Positions 37,932 to 46,075 of a stretch of 64,000 nt of DNA are shown in pieces. Each line of letters starts with the position of its first letter. Positions within the stretch are counted from its first letter, which is position 1. The stretch is from Acidimicrobiales bacterium (GTDB taxonomy: Bacteria > Actinomycetota > Acidimicrobiia > Acidimicrobiales > Bog-793): assembly GCA_050012675.1 (NCBI GenBank), contig JBEKGS010000001.1, forward strand, positions 128,733 to 192,732. The letters are read 5' to 3'. The notes under the pieces were generated by a model. The model searched no databases, was not told where the DNA came from, and saw only the letters and a program-made list of their open reading frames with translations. Position numbers and translations under genes: made by a program.

Positions 37932-38942
37932 TCAACTCGCGTAGAGGATCGAGAACGTCCCGCCGTGAGGACCGGCCAAACCGTTGCCGTTGCCCACAGT
38001 GCCGGTCGTCTGTGGCGGTCCTCCGGCGACGGGAAAGACAGCCCTCTCGGCGGAGTACAAGTAGAGCGGCTTGCCGTCATAAGTCACCTGTTCGGTTCCG
38101 TCAAGGCGGCGGATGACGCCCACGTCTCTTGCAGCGATGCCGGCAGCGACATGGGGCCTTCCCGTCGTGAGCAGGGGGACCCACTCGACGGCGCAGGTGC
38201 CGGTGCAGGCACTGGACCGCGAACGGTCCTTGCTGTAGGAGTAAACGGTCACCGCCATCGGACGGACGTTCGACTCCATCTCCGCGGCGACGGCGGTCCT
38301 GCCGTCCGGCAGGGTCTCGGTTTCGATCGTGGCCGGGCCGGCCACCGGTTGGCCTCCCTCCGACGACACGAGGAACCAGTACCCGTGCCAGGGTGGGAGC
38401 GGTTTCACCGTTTCCATGTAGCGCTCGCCCTGAGGCTTGAAGGGCCGTGACGGGGTGTCGAACAGGTAGAGCGGATGCCCTCCGTAGGTGACCTGGCGTC
38501 CGATGCCGCGGCGGTAAACGCTCCCGAGGAGCTTGGGGTTGACTCCCGGGCCCGCAACAGGTGCACCGGTGCTGGTGAGCGCGGGCCAGTCGTCGGTGTA
38601 CCCATTGCCGATGATGTCGCTCATCGGACCGCTGCAGGTCAGAACAATGTCGTGGTCCGAGCCAGGGTCGAACCCCAGCTCCGCGGTTCTGCCGCAGCTG
38701 TACCTGCCGGCGCTGTCACCACTGAACTCATAGATCGGGTAACCGGCCAGTTCGTTGTCGACACCGCCCACAACGAGCACCGAGCCGTAGCTGCTGGTCT
38801 TAAGGACGGTCACCACCGTTGCCGCCTGAGCAGCTGTCTTGGCCGACGCTCCCGCCGGCGACATGAGCGAGGCCGCGCTGAGTGCTGCGGCGGTCATCGA
38901 CACCAGGAATCGGCGCGACTCTCGCGCCAGTCCGATCTTCAT
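37932..38942 (-). CDS. Secreted protein or lipoprotein with repeats of the 'secreted repeat of unknown function' type (GxPLYxFxxD)
   Basis: ATG 38942 is preceded by GGGGGGA. Signal peptide MKIGLARESRRFLVSMTAAALSAASLMSPAGASA. Repeated motifs GYPIYEFSGD, GHPLYLFDTP and GKPLYLYSAE. Confidence 0.75.
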   Translation of the reverse strand: MKIGLARESRRFLVSMTAAALSAASLMSPAGASAKTAAQAATVVTVLKTSSYGSVLVVGGVDNELAGYPIYEFSGDSAGRYSCGRTAELGFDPGSDHDIVLTCSGPMSDIIGNGYTDDWPALTSTGAPVAGPGVNPKLLGSVYRRGIGRQVTYGGHPLYLFDTPSRPFKPQGERYMETVKPLPPWHGYWFLVSSEGGQPVAGPATIETETLPDGRTAVAAEMESNVRPMAVTVYSYSKDRSRSSACTGTCAVEWVPLLTTGRPHVAAGIAARDVGVIRRLDGTEQVTYDGKPLYLYSAERAVFPVAGGPPQTTGTVGNGNGLAGPHGGTFSILYAS

Positions 38943-39149
38943 TGTCCCCCCGTCAAACAAGCGACCGGTTACCAAACCCGATTCCGCAAGACATTACCGG
39001 TGTGCAAAGGCTGCGATGCTCACCGCCCGGCGCGAGCCACAGGCGCAACGGGGCCGGTAACCATCTTGGACGAGCGGCCGACGGTCGCGGACGCCGGTTG
39101 CCTCAGGCAATCGGTACCAGGGCTGTCGGCTGGTGGCCTTCTCGCCGGC

Positions 39150-39617
39150 TCAGCGGCGTCGTGTCCTTGTGTCGGCCCCTTTGATGAGCACAAACAGGTC
39201 ATGCCAGGCAGGATCCGTGAACCCTGCCTCCAACAGGAGACGGGAGCAGCGCTTCTCAGTTCGGGCCTTGCCTCGGCGACTCGTGAGGAGCGTCGGGATC
39301 AAAAGCCGCGAGAACTGGTCTACGAGAAGGAGGCGTCCGCCCGGGATCAGTACCCTCGCGCACTGTGCGAGACCGGCCCGCTGATCGGTCCAGTGGTCGA
39401 ATGAGGTCGTGCTCACAACGAGGTCGAAGGCTCCGTCCCTGAACGGCAACTGCTCGACGATGCCGGAGCAGTACTGAAGGCGCCTGTCCTCCGACTTGGT
39501 TCGGGCGATCTCGATCATCGCGGGCGCCGGATCGACGCCGACCAGGTCGGTCACGCCCGGGCACAACCGGGCAAGGCGGCGCAGTAGATAGCCGGTACCG
39601 CATCCGACGTCGAGCAC
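39150..39617 (-). CDS. Class I SAM-dependent methyltransferase (core); the conserved N-terminal region continues in frame to 39800 without a canonical start codon
   Basis: Contains SAM motif I LDVGCGTGYL and motif post-I VGVDPAPAMI, plus FDLVVSTTSFDHW and LIPGGRLLLVD. Upstream in-frame codons encode DIAAFDERAPDYEAGWLGRLHREIADR, which is a typical methyltransferase N-terminus. Confidence 0.75.
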   Translation of the reverse strand: MLDVGCGTGYLLRRLARLCPGVTDLVGVDPAPAMIEIARTKSEDRRLQYCSGIVEQLPFRDGAFDLVVSTTSFDHWTDQRAGLAQCARVLIPGGRLLLVDQFSRLLIPTLLTSRRGKARTEKRCSRLLLEAGFTDPAWHDLFVLIKGADTRTRRR

Positions 39618-40274
39618 GCGGGAGAAAGCCGTCGTTCGACCGAGGGTGAGACTCGTGGTGCGATCCGCGATCTCCCGATGGAGCCTGCCGAGCCAGCCTG
39701 CCTCGTAATCCGGTGCTCGCTCGTCGAATGCCGCAATATCACGATGCCGCGACGCTGGCCTGACAAGTCCCTCATTCCGTGACGTCTTAGCGGTCCTCTC
39801 CTAGGCCCCGACGAAGACCGTCGCTAGCGGTCGTGGAAACCCAACCATGTTGTCCCATCTTGTCATGAAGGAACAAAGGCGCAGGTGGGGATCCAGGCCC
39901 GTGCCGATGTAGTGAACAGCGAACCGTAGGACTCTCGATCTCGCGCTTCTCAGATCCCATCACGCACTGGACGATTCATCCAAATCCCTCGCAATTGGTT
40001 GTTCGTTCCGGACAGGGACTACGCCATTTCTTACTTGTTAAGTTAAGTATCAATCGCGGGGGGGAAGCCTGCGAAACATCGGAATGTGATCGAGAGTGCG
40101 AGGGGATAATGGCTCGGTCTGTAATCACCCGGGAGGGTCGCTGGCTACGCCCATACGGCATACGCGGCTCACGAATTGAGCGCACGGGGAGCGCATCGCG
40201 CGTCTCGCTCGCTGTTGAAGAGAAGATTTGCGCCGACGCCCCAGCCGAACAGCGGTAGCGCCTTGGACACCTCG

Positions 40275-41138
40275 ATGCTCAAAGGCTCGGAAACGACCGA
40301 GGTTCGGTACCTTGTATTGCCCGACATCGCGAACCCGTACCTGCTCGCGATGGTGCGCTTTCCCGACGTTGCCCAGGCGATCAGCCAGGGACAGCCCGAG
40401 TGGCAGGGCGACCCGGGCCTGTTCGATCTCCCTTACGACCCGAGCAGCGTCGCGGTGTCGCCCGCCCACGCCGCTTCGATTGCGGCCCGCTGGGGCGCGC
40501 GCCTGCCTTCCGACAAGGAGGAGCCCGCATCCTCGCTGATCCGGCGTATGCCGGCCAACTGGTCCAACCTCTCGCCCGCGGAAAAGCGCGCCTGGTCTCT
40601 CGAGTACCTCGCCGGATGGCGACGGGCGGCCCCACTTTCCCGGATACGCCGTCGCTCGGCGCGCCCGGCCGACTTGGGCCAGGCCGGAAATGGGTTCAGC
40701 CTTCCCGACGCGACGGGCGACGGATCATCGCCATCTAACGGCTCTTATTTGGCAAGCGGTGGCCGGAGCAGACAGACGCCAGCGACCCGGGAACGCCGAC
40801 GCCACGCCCGGGTGCGTGTCCGGGGACGAGCGCGCCTGAGCATTGGGCGCAAGACCGTCTTGGCGAATCTGGTCAATGTCAGCCAGGGCGGAGCAAATTG
40901 CGTGGTGGCGGACGGGGAGTTTCACCTCGCGCCCGGTGGCTTGATCGAAGCGCCCCTCATGTTCGAGGATCAGCTCTCCCTGTCCCAGGTCAGCCTCGAC
41001 GTCGCCGCCAGCGTCGCCTGGAGAAGCGATACAGGGACCGGCACCCAGTTCGGGCTCGTGTTCGGTGAGCTGAACAACGATCAGGCCGAACTGGTCCAGC
41101 AATTCCTGTCGTCGGTCGGTTCTGAGACAGGTTCCTGA
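40275..41138 (+). CDS. PilZ-domain (c-di-GMP receptor) protein with an uncharacterised N-terminal domain
   Basis: The C-terminus has canonical PilZ motifs: RRRHAR (RxxxR), then NVSQGG (N-x-S-x-x-G) about 25 residues later. ATG 40275 is chosen over the upstream track start at 40176. The stop lies 2 nt before the lepB ATG. Confidence 0.7.
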   Translation: MLKGSETTEVRYLVLPDIANPYLLAMVRFPDVAQAISQGQPEWQGDPGLFDLPYDPSSVAVSPAHAASIAARWGARLPSDKEEPASSLIRRMPANWSNLSPAEKRAWSLEYLAGWRRAAPLSRIRRRSARPADLGQAGNGFSLPDATGDGSSPSNGSYLASGGRSRQTPATRERRRHARVRVRGRARLSIGRKTVLANLVNVSQGGANCVVADGEFHLAPGGLIEAPLMFEDQLSLSQVSLDVAASVAWRSDTGTGTQFGLVFGELNNDQAELVQQFLSSVGSETGS

Positions 41139-41140
41139 TC

Positions 41141-41944
41141 ATGCGCGTGAGCTCTCCCAGCACGGGAGAACAGCCGCCTGCGTCCGGCGGCGTGGCTCTC
41201 GAACAAGCGGAGCGTGGTTCGGTCGCAGGCTTTGTCGCGGGCGACGGGGACCAGAGCGTGAGGCCGGCGAGGGCATTTCGCTCGCGCAGGGGCGCCGACT
41301 ACCGACTGCGGGGGCTGGAACTGGCCCGGCCGGAGACGGCCGCGAAGCCGGCGCAACCGGCAAAGAAGCTGCGGGCCCGGCAGAGTCGGCGAAAGCACCG
41401 CAGACTGGTAGTCAAGTGGGCCGTCGTCCTCGCCGTGGCCGCCGCCGCCGCCGTGTTTCTGAGGGCTTCTGTGTTCCAGCCCTTCTCCGTGCCTTCGGCT
41501 TCGATGTTGCCTACCCTCCAGGTCGGCGATCGGATACTCGTAGTGAAGTCGAGCCCCTTGGCCGGAGCCATCCGGACAGGGGATATCGTCGTCTTCCGCC
41601 ATCCGAAGCCATTTCCCTGCAGCTCGGGTGAGGTCAAGGCCGGGGACCTCGTGCAGCGGGTGATCGGTCTGCCCGGTGAGACGATCTGGTCCGACGGTGA
41701 CAGGATCTATGTGAACGGTCGCCCGCTGAGCGAGGCGGGCTGGTACGACTCGCTGTACGGGCAGGTCGGATCCACGCCGATACTCCGTACGACGATCCCG
41801 CAAGGCGAGTACTTCGTGATGGGTGACAACCGCTCGGATGCATGCGACTCCCGGGCGTTCGGCGCGGTTGCCCGATCGGCCATTGTCGGCAAGGTGTTCG
41901 CCATCGTCATGCGCGCCGGTCACCCGTACATCCACCTGTTCTGA
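41141..41944 (+). CDS. lepB: Signal peptidase I
   Basis: Catalytic boxes SVPSASMLPTLQVGDRILV (Ser), HPKPF...LVQRVIGLPGE (Lys box) and GDNRSDACDSRAFG. It has a single TM after a basic N-terminal extension. Confidence 0.9.
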   Translation: MRVSSPSTGEQPPASGGVALEQAERGSVAGFVAGDGDQSVRPARAFRSRRGADYRLRGLELARPETAAKPAQPAKKLRARQSRRKHRRLVVKWAVVLAVAAAAAVFLRASVFQPFSVPSASMLPTLQVGDRILVVKSSPLAGAIRTGDIVVFRHPKPFPCSSGEVKAGDLVQRVIGLPGETIWSDGDRIYVNGRPLSEAGWYDSLYGQVGSTPILRTTIPQGEYFVMGDNRSDACDSRAFGAVARSAIVGKVFAIVMRAGHPYIHLF

Positions 41945-41990
41945 GCCGCGCGCGGCTCCCAGGCATCCAGGTCCCAAACGGAGCCGTCAG

Positions 41991-43097
41991 GTGGTCCTCG
42001 TCACCAGGTTCGTGACGTGGTGCCGCCAACATGCAGGTGGGCGGCGCTGGGCCGGTGTGCTTGTTGCCCTGTGCAGCCTCGCGCCGCTCCTTGCTGCGTG
42101 CGCACAGGCTGACGCCGGACCCGCAAGGGTTTCCCTACTGCCAGATCCCGCTGCCAACGGGGCGACTTGGGCCTGGACCGCACGCTGCCTCTACGGTCCT
42201 TACTCGCACGGAACCTGTAAAGACGCGGGGCCCAGTCTCGGGGCCGCCCAGCTGATCGGGGATGAATGGAATCTGGGCGGCGGCGCGGCGACGGCCGGGT
42301 CACTGGACATGTCGGTGAGCTCTCCCGGAGCGCTGGAACTAGAGGGTGACTTTCCCTCCACGCCGCCCTGCACTCAAGCCACCTGTCTCGCACCGAGCGC
42401 GAACACCTGGGTGCGCGGTTATCCAGACGTGCTGTATGGCTTCAATGAATGCCATACGGTCAGCCCTCCGCCGCAGTCCCGGGTCATGCCGATGCCGGTC
42501 AACGTCGCTGCCATCCCTACCGATCTCATCGGCACCACGACCTACGACTCGACGTCGCCGACGGTGACCTATGACGTCGCCTACGACCTTTGGCTCAATC
42601 GTTCGGACACGAAGAGACCCTGCAGAACAGAGGGCACAGTCGAGGTCATGGTCTGGACCGACTATGACCAGCAGGCGTTGCTGCCCTCGAGTATGCAAGT
42701 CGAAGACGTGACCATCCCGTTCGCGAGCGACGGGGTCGTCCACACCGGCACGTTCGCCTGGTCCGTCTACGTGAGCAACGTGTACGGGAAGGGCCAGACC
42801 GCACCGTGGGGCGGCACGGTCTGGTTCGTGTTGAACAAGGCTGACGTCGTCGCCAAGGGCACGGTGAGCGTCGACCTCAGCTATGTCCTTTCAGTCGTGG
42901 GCGCGCTCTTGCAGAACAACTACGGCTGGAACGACTTTCGCAAGAGCTACTGGCTCGACTCGATACCCTTCGGAATGGAGTTCGGCCCCGAGGACGGCGC
43001 TCTTTACGGCACGGGGTCGTCGTACTTCTCGCTCAGGCTCTCGTCCTACTGCCTCGACGTGGGGGCGACACTCTCACACGCAGCCTGCGCCGGGTGA
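41991..43097 (+). CDS. GH12-like endo-beta-1,4-glucanase, lipoprotein
   Basis: GTG 41991 gives a signal with lipobox (LCSLAPLLAAC). GH12-type blocks are present: IGDEWNLGG, YDVAYDLWLN, GTVEVMVWTDY (nucleophile Glu motif E-[IV]-M-[IV]-W) and WLDSIPFGMEFG (acid/base Glu). The track ORF start at 41823 overlaps lepB. Confidence 0.65.
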   Translation: MVLVTRFVTWCRQHAGGRRWAGVLVALCSLAPLLAACAQADAGPARVSLLPDPAANGATWAWTARCLYGPYSHGTCKDAGPSLGAAQLIGDEWNLGGGAATAGSLDMSVSSPGALELEGDFPSTPPCTQATCLAPSANTWVRGYPDVLYGFNECHTVSPPPQSRVMPMPVNVAAIPTDLIGTTTYDSTSPTVTYDVAYDLWLNRSDTKRPCRTEGTVEVMVWTDYDQQALLPSSMQVEDVTIPFASDGVVHTGTFAWSVYVSNVYGKGQTAPWGGTVWFVLNKADVVAKGTVSVDLSYVLSVVGALLQNNYGWNDFRKSYWLDSIPFGMEFGPEDGALYGTGSSYFSLRLSSYCLDVGATLSHAACAG

Positions 43098-43099
43098 GT

Positions 43100-43135
43100 C
43101 CCAACGCCCCGGCCAAGGGCGTGCCGGGCGTTGGG
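43100..43135. terminator. Bidirectional terminator-like hairpin between the convergent GH12 and GT2 genes
   Basis: CCCAACGCC(C)CGGC-caagggcgt-GCCGGGCGTTGGG forms a 13-bp stem with one bulged C. It sits in the 47-nt gap between the stops at 43097 and 43145. Confidence 0.55.
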
Positions 43136-43144
43136 AGGGGACTG

Positions 43145-46036
43145 CTACCTGGTCGACAGCGTCACACTGCCGGTCGAAACCCCCGACAGGTTCTCGTCAA
43201 AGGAAGTGACGATGGCGCTGTGGAAGGTCTCCGTCGTCTCGATCGTGCTCGCGTGGTCACCTCCCGCCTGCTGGCTGACGACGAGCGTGAGGGCGGGGAT
43301 CCCCTTTCCGGGAACGCCGCTACGAAGGATCTCGTCCAAGAGCGCGAGCGAGGAGGTCTGAAAGCTCAGGCTGAACCGCCCCGCGGATCTCCCGGCGGAC
43401 GTCCGCGGTTGTGAGAGCTCGACCGACGTCACGGGGTAGGCGACAGCCGCCCTGGAGCGGGCCGTGCCGACCTTGACAGAGAGCGCCGTGACGCTCGGCG
43501 AGGCCTGTTCAGTGTGGGCGACGACACCGAGAGCCCGGACGGCTCGGGGAGAGGTGAGCAGGTGGCCGAGCACGGGCAGCGAGAGCGTCGCCCCACCTGT
43601 CGGCAAGCCGGAGAGGTTCTCGTGGAACGAGGTGACGACGGCGTTGTAGAAGGTATCGGCCGCCTCGGTCGCGATCGCCCGCCCGCCGCTTGCCTGCGTG
43701 CGTGCAACCAGCGTGAGCTCAGGGACGGTCCTTCCGGACCCGTCGTAACCGAAGACCGCTTCCAAAGCGGCGAGCGAGGAGGTGTCGAAGCTCAGCTCGA
43801 GTCGGTCGGGCGAACCGGCTGCTGAGGAAAGCGGTTGAGACAGCTCGACCGAGGTGACGGGGAAATAGGTCCTCGACGGGGTCCCGCCCAGCGTCATGTA
43901 GACCTGCGTACCCGCCGACGAGTGGAAGACCGTGCGCTGATTGAACGTGTTCGCGCTCAGAAGCGTCGAAGGGGTGATGAAGGCACCCGCTATTCCCCCC
44001 GCACCGATTGCGAAAAGGAGAGCGAGAGCCGGGCCCAACACAGGCACAGGCGGCCGGCCGCGTCGCGCCCGGCGAAGACGCTGTTGCTCGAAGCGTTGCC
44101 GATAGGTGAGTGCGGGCAGCCGTTGCGCCCGTTGGTTCCACAAGGAAGCGACCGGCGAGCACGCGTACACCGAGCCCTGAATGGCGATGATGACGACCAG
44201 CAGCCAAGGCGGATGTGCTGATGCGGCGAGCAGGCCCGCCGAGGTGTACAGGGCGACCGCCAACAGGGTCTCGACGCGACTCAACCGCAGCGCAGTGCGT
44301 ACCCTTTGGCGACTGCCACCGGACTTGGCGGTTCTCAAGAACACGCCGTCTCGTCGTGTCAGGCCCTCTATGCAGGCGAGAGCCGTGATCCAGGTCGCGG
44401 AGAGGCTGATCAAAAGGCCGAGGAAGGCGCGGCGATGAGACATGGTCGTCCAATGGCGCAGCGTCCACATCATGCAGATTGCGGCGATCAGGATGAGCGA
44501 CATCGGCAGCAGTGACCGGTCGCCGCCAAAAGGCATGAGGGCGAAGCCGGAGCCGGAGAGCCGCAGCCCTGTTATCACGAGCAGTAGCACGGCGAAGCCG
44601 AACATCAGCAGGTCTCTCCACCATCCGAAACAAGCCATCAGATAGTCCCTGCGCTGACTGCTCGAGAGGTGGTTGTCAGGCGAGCGGTCGAAGGGCATGA
44701 GGCTGCGCCAGTGGAGGCGGAAGATCTGCATGGCGCCGAAGCACCAGCGGTGCCGTTGTGTGTTGAGACCGGCGTAGGTGGGTGGCACGATTCCCCGGCC
44801 GAAGCAGCGCGGTATGTAGAGGCCCGCCCAGCCCGCCTTGGACATGCGAAGGGACGCCTCGGTGTCCTCGCTGATGCACCACTCGTTCCAGCCACCGATG
44901 CCGACGAGTGCACTGCGGCGGAACAGGCCCATTGTCCCTACAAAAGGAACTGAGTCGCGCTCGTTGCGCGAAGACATGACGGAGAGATAGAAGCCTTGAT
45001 AAGAGTCGACACAGGCCGTGTAGTAGGCGCTGCCCTCGTAGTCCCTGTTGCCCTCGAAGGTCTGGAGGAAGCCGAGGTGCGGATCGGAGAAGTACGGCAC
45101 GGTCTCGCGCAGGTAGTACGGCTGGACGATGTCGTCGGCGTCGATCAAGCCGATGATCTCTGCTCGCGGGTCTGTGTAGCGGCGTAAGGCGAGGTTGCAG
45201 GCACCGGCCTTGTAGCCCGGCCAGGGTGCGACATGGACGAACCGGACGCGCTCGCGACCGCGGCAGTACTCCTCCACCGGACCGTAAACCGCAGGGTCCG
45301 AGGTGTTGTTGTCGATGACGACCACTTCGAAATTCGGGTAGTCGATCGCCTCGGCCGCCTTGATCGTGTTGATGAGAAGCTCGGGTGGTTCGTTGTAGGC
45401 AGGGATGTGCAGTGAGACGAACGGCTTGTAGGAGGGATCGGCGACCGGCAACGGGCGTGAGCGGCGCCGGCGGCACAGGACGTCGCTGACGTAGTTGATG
45501 TTCGAGCCCCACACTATGAAGGCCGCGAGATCGAGCAGGAGCAGGAATGAAGACGTCAAAGCTTCGGCGATCGAATGCGTCGCCGCGGCCGCGACATATC
45601 CCGCAAAGGCGATGAAGGTGAACCCTGCTGCGATATAGGAGGCGTGGAAGACCGAACCGACGATCCCGGTGTCGGGGCGGAGGACTATTACGACGACCTC
45701 GAAGATCACGAGCATATAGGCCGCTATCTCGAGCCCACCGATGGGCTTTCCCCAAAGCTCATAGGTGGCAAAGCAGGAGAAGGCAGAGATCGCGACCGCG
45801 CCAAGAGCGGCTAGGAGGACTTCGGTCACCTTGGAGCCCGTCCACCTCAAGCGGGTGTCAAACTCCCGAAGTGGGCTCAGCACCAGCACCGTCGTGAGCA
45901 GCAGCTGCGCGAACGAGACGATGAACAGGTCGTAGAGATTGAACTGACGCAGCAGCACTTGGACGTCCCCCCTCGCAGTCGTACACCTCGCCAAAGCGTG
46001 CGAGCTATACCTTATCGTGCCTTTTGCGGCGGGCAA
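43145..46036 (-). CDS. Processive GT2 beta-glycan synthase (cellulose-synthase-like) with a C-terminal tandem duplicated domain
   Basis: N-terminal TM bundle, then the GT2 blocks VVIDNNTSD, IDADD, GTMGLFRR, ISEDTE (TED) and QRHRWCFG (QxxRW). More TM helices follow, then ~250 aa made of two ~112-aa repeats. The start is uncertain (TTG 46036 or GTG 45958, which is preceded by GAGGGGGGG). Confidence 0.85.
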   Translation of the reverse strand: MPAAKGTIRYSSHALARCTTARGDVQVLLRQFNLYDLFIVSFAQLLLTTVLVLSPLREFDTRLRWTGSKVTEVLLAALGAVAISAFSCFATYELWGKPIGGLEIAAYMLVIFEVVVIVLRPDTGIVGSVFHASYIAAGFTFIAFAGYVAAAATHSIAEALTSSFLLLLDLAAFIVWGSNINYVSDVLCRRRRSRPLPVADPSYKPFVSLHIPAYNEPPELLINTIKAAEAIDYPNFEVVVIDNNTSDPAVYGPVEEYCRGRERVRFVHVAPWPGYKAGACNLALRRYTDPRAEIIGLIDADDIVQPYYLRETVPYFSDPHLGFLQTFEGNRDYEGSAYYTACVDSYQGFYLSVMSSRNERDSVPFVGTMGLFRRSALVGIGGWNEWCISEDTEASLRMSKAGWAGLYIPRCFGRGIVPPTYAGLNTQRHRWCFGAMQIFRLHWRSLMPFDRSPDNHLSSSQRRDYLMACFGWWRDLLMFGFAVLLLVITGLRLSGSGFALMPFGGDRSLLPMSLILIAAICMMWTLRHWTTMSHRRAFLGLLISLSATWITALACIEGLTRRDGVFLRTAKSGGSRQRVRTALRLSRVETLLAVALYTSAGLLAASAHPPWLLVVIIAIQGSVYACSPVASLWNQRAQRLPALTYRQRFEQQRLRRARRGRPPVPVLGPALALLFAIGAGGIAGAFITPSTLLSANTFNQRTVFHSSAGTQVYMTLGGTPSRTYFPVTSVELSQPLSSAAGSPDRLELSFDTSSLAALEAVFGYDGSGRTVPELTLVARTQASGGRAIATEAADTFYNAVVTSFHENLSGLPTGGATLSLPVLGHLLTSPRAVRALGVVAHTEQASPSVTALSVKVGTARSRAAVAYPVTSVELSQPRTSAGRSAGRFSLSFQTSSLALLDEILRSGVPGKGIPALTLVVSQQAGGDHASTIETTETFHSAIVTSFDENLSGVSTGSVTLSTR
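43154..43909 (-). repeat. Tandem ~340-nt duplication inside the GT2 gene, encoding two Hcp-like repeats (R1 43574-43909, R2 43154-43495)
   Basis: The duplication is visible at DNA level (for example GGTTCTCGTCAAAGGAAGTGACGATGGCGCTGTGGAAGGT versus GGTTCTCGTGGAACGAGGTGACGACGGCGTTGTAGAAGGT). It is also clear at protein level (YFPVTSVELSQP...LELSFDTSSLAALEAVF...PELTLVART...TFYNAVVTSFHENLSG versus AYPVTSVELSQP...FSLSFQTSSLALLDEIL...PALTLVVSQ...TFHSAIVTSFDENLSG). Confidence 0.8.
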
Positions 46037-46075
46037 ACACGGATTTTCCCGCCGCAGGCCGAGCTCCTTATGTGC

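Noticed and set aside
44676-45755. 359-aa ORF on the minus strand in an alternative frame inside the GT2 synthase gene.
   Set aside because: It has Arg/Pro/Leu-rich shadow composition. The overlapping frame carries all GT2 catalytic motifs, so dual coding is very unlikely.
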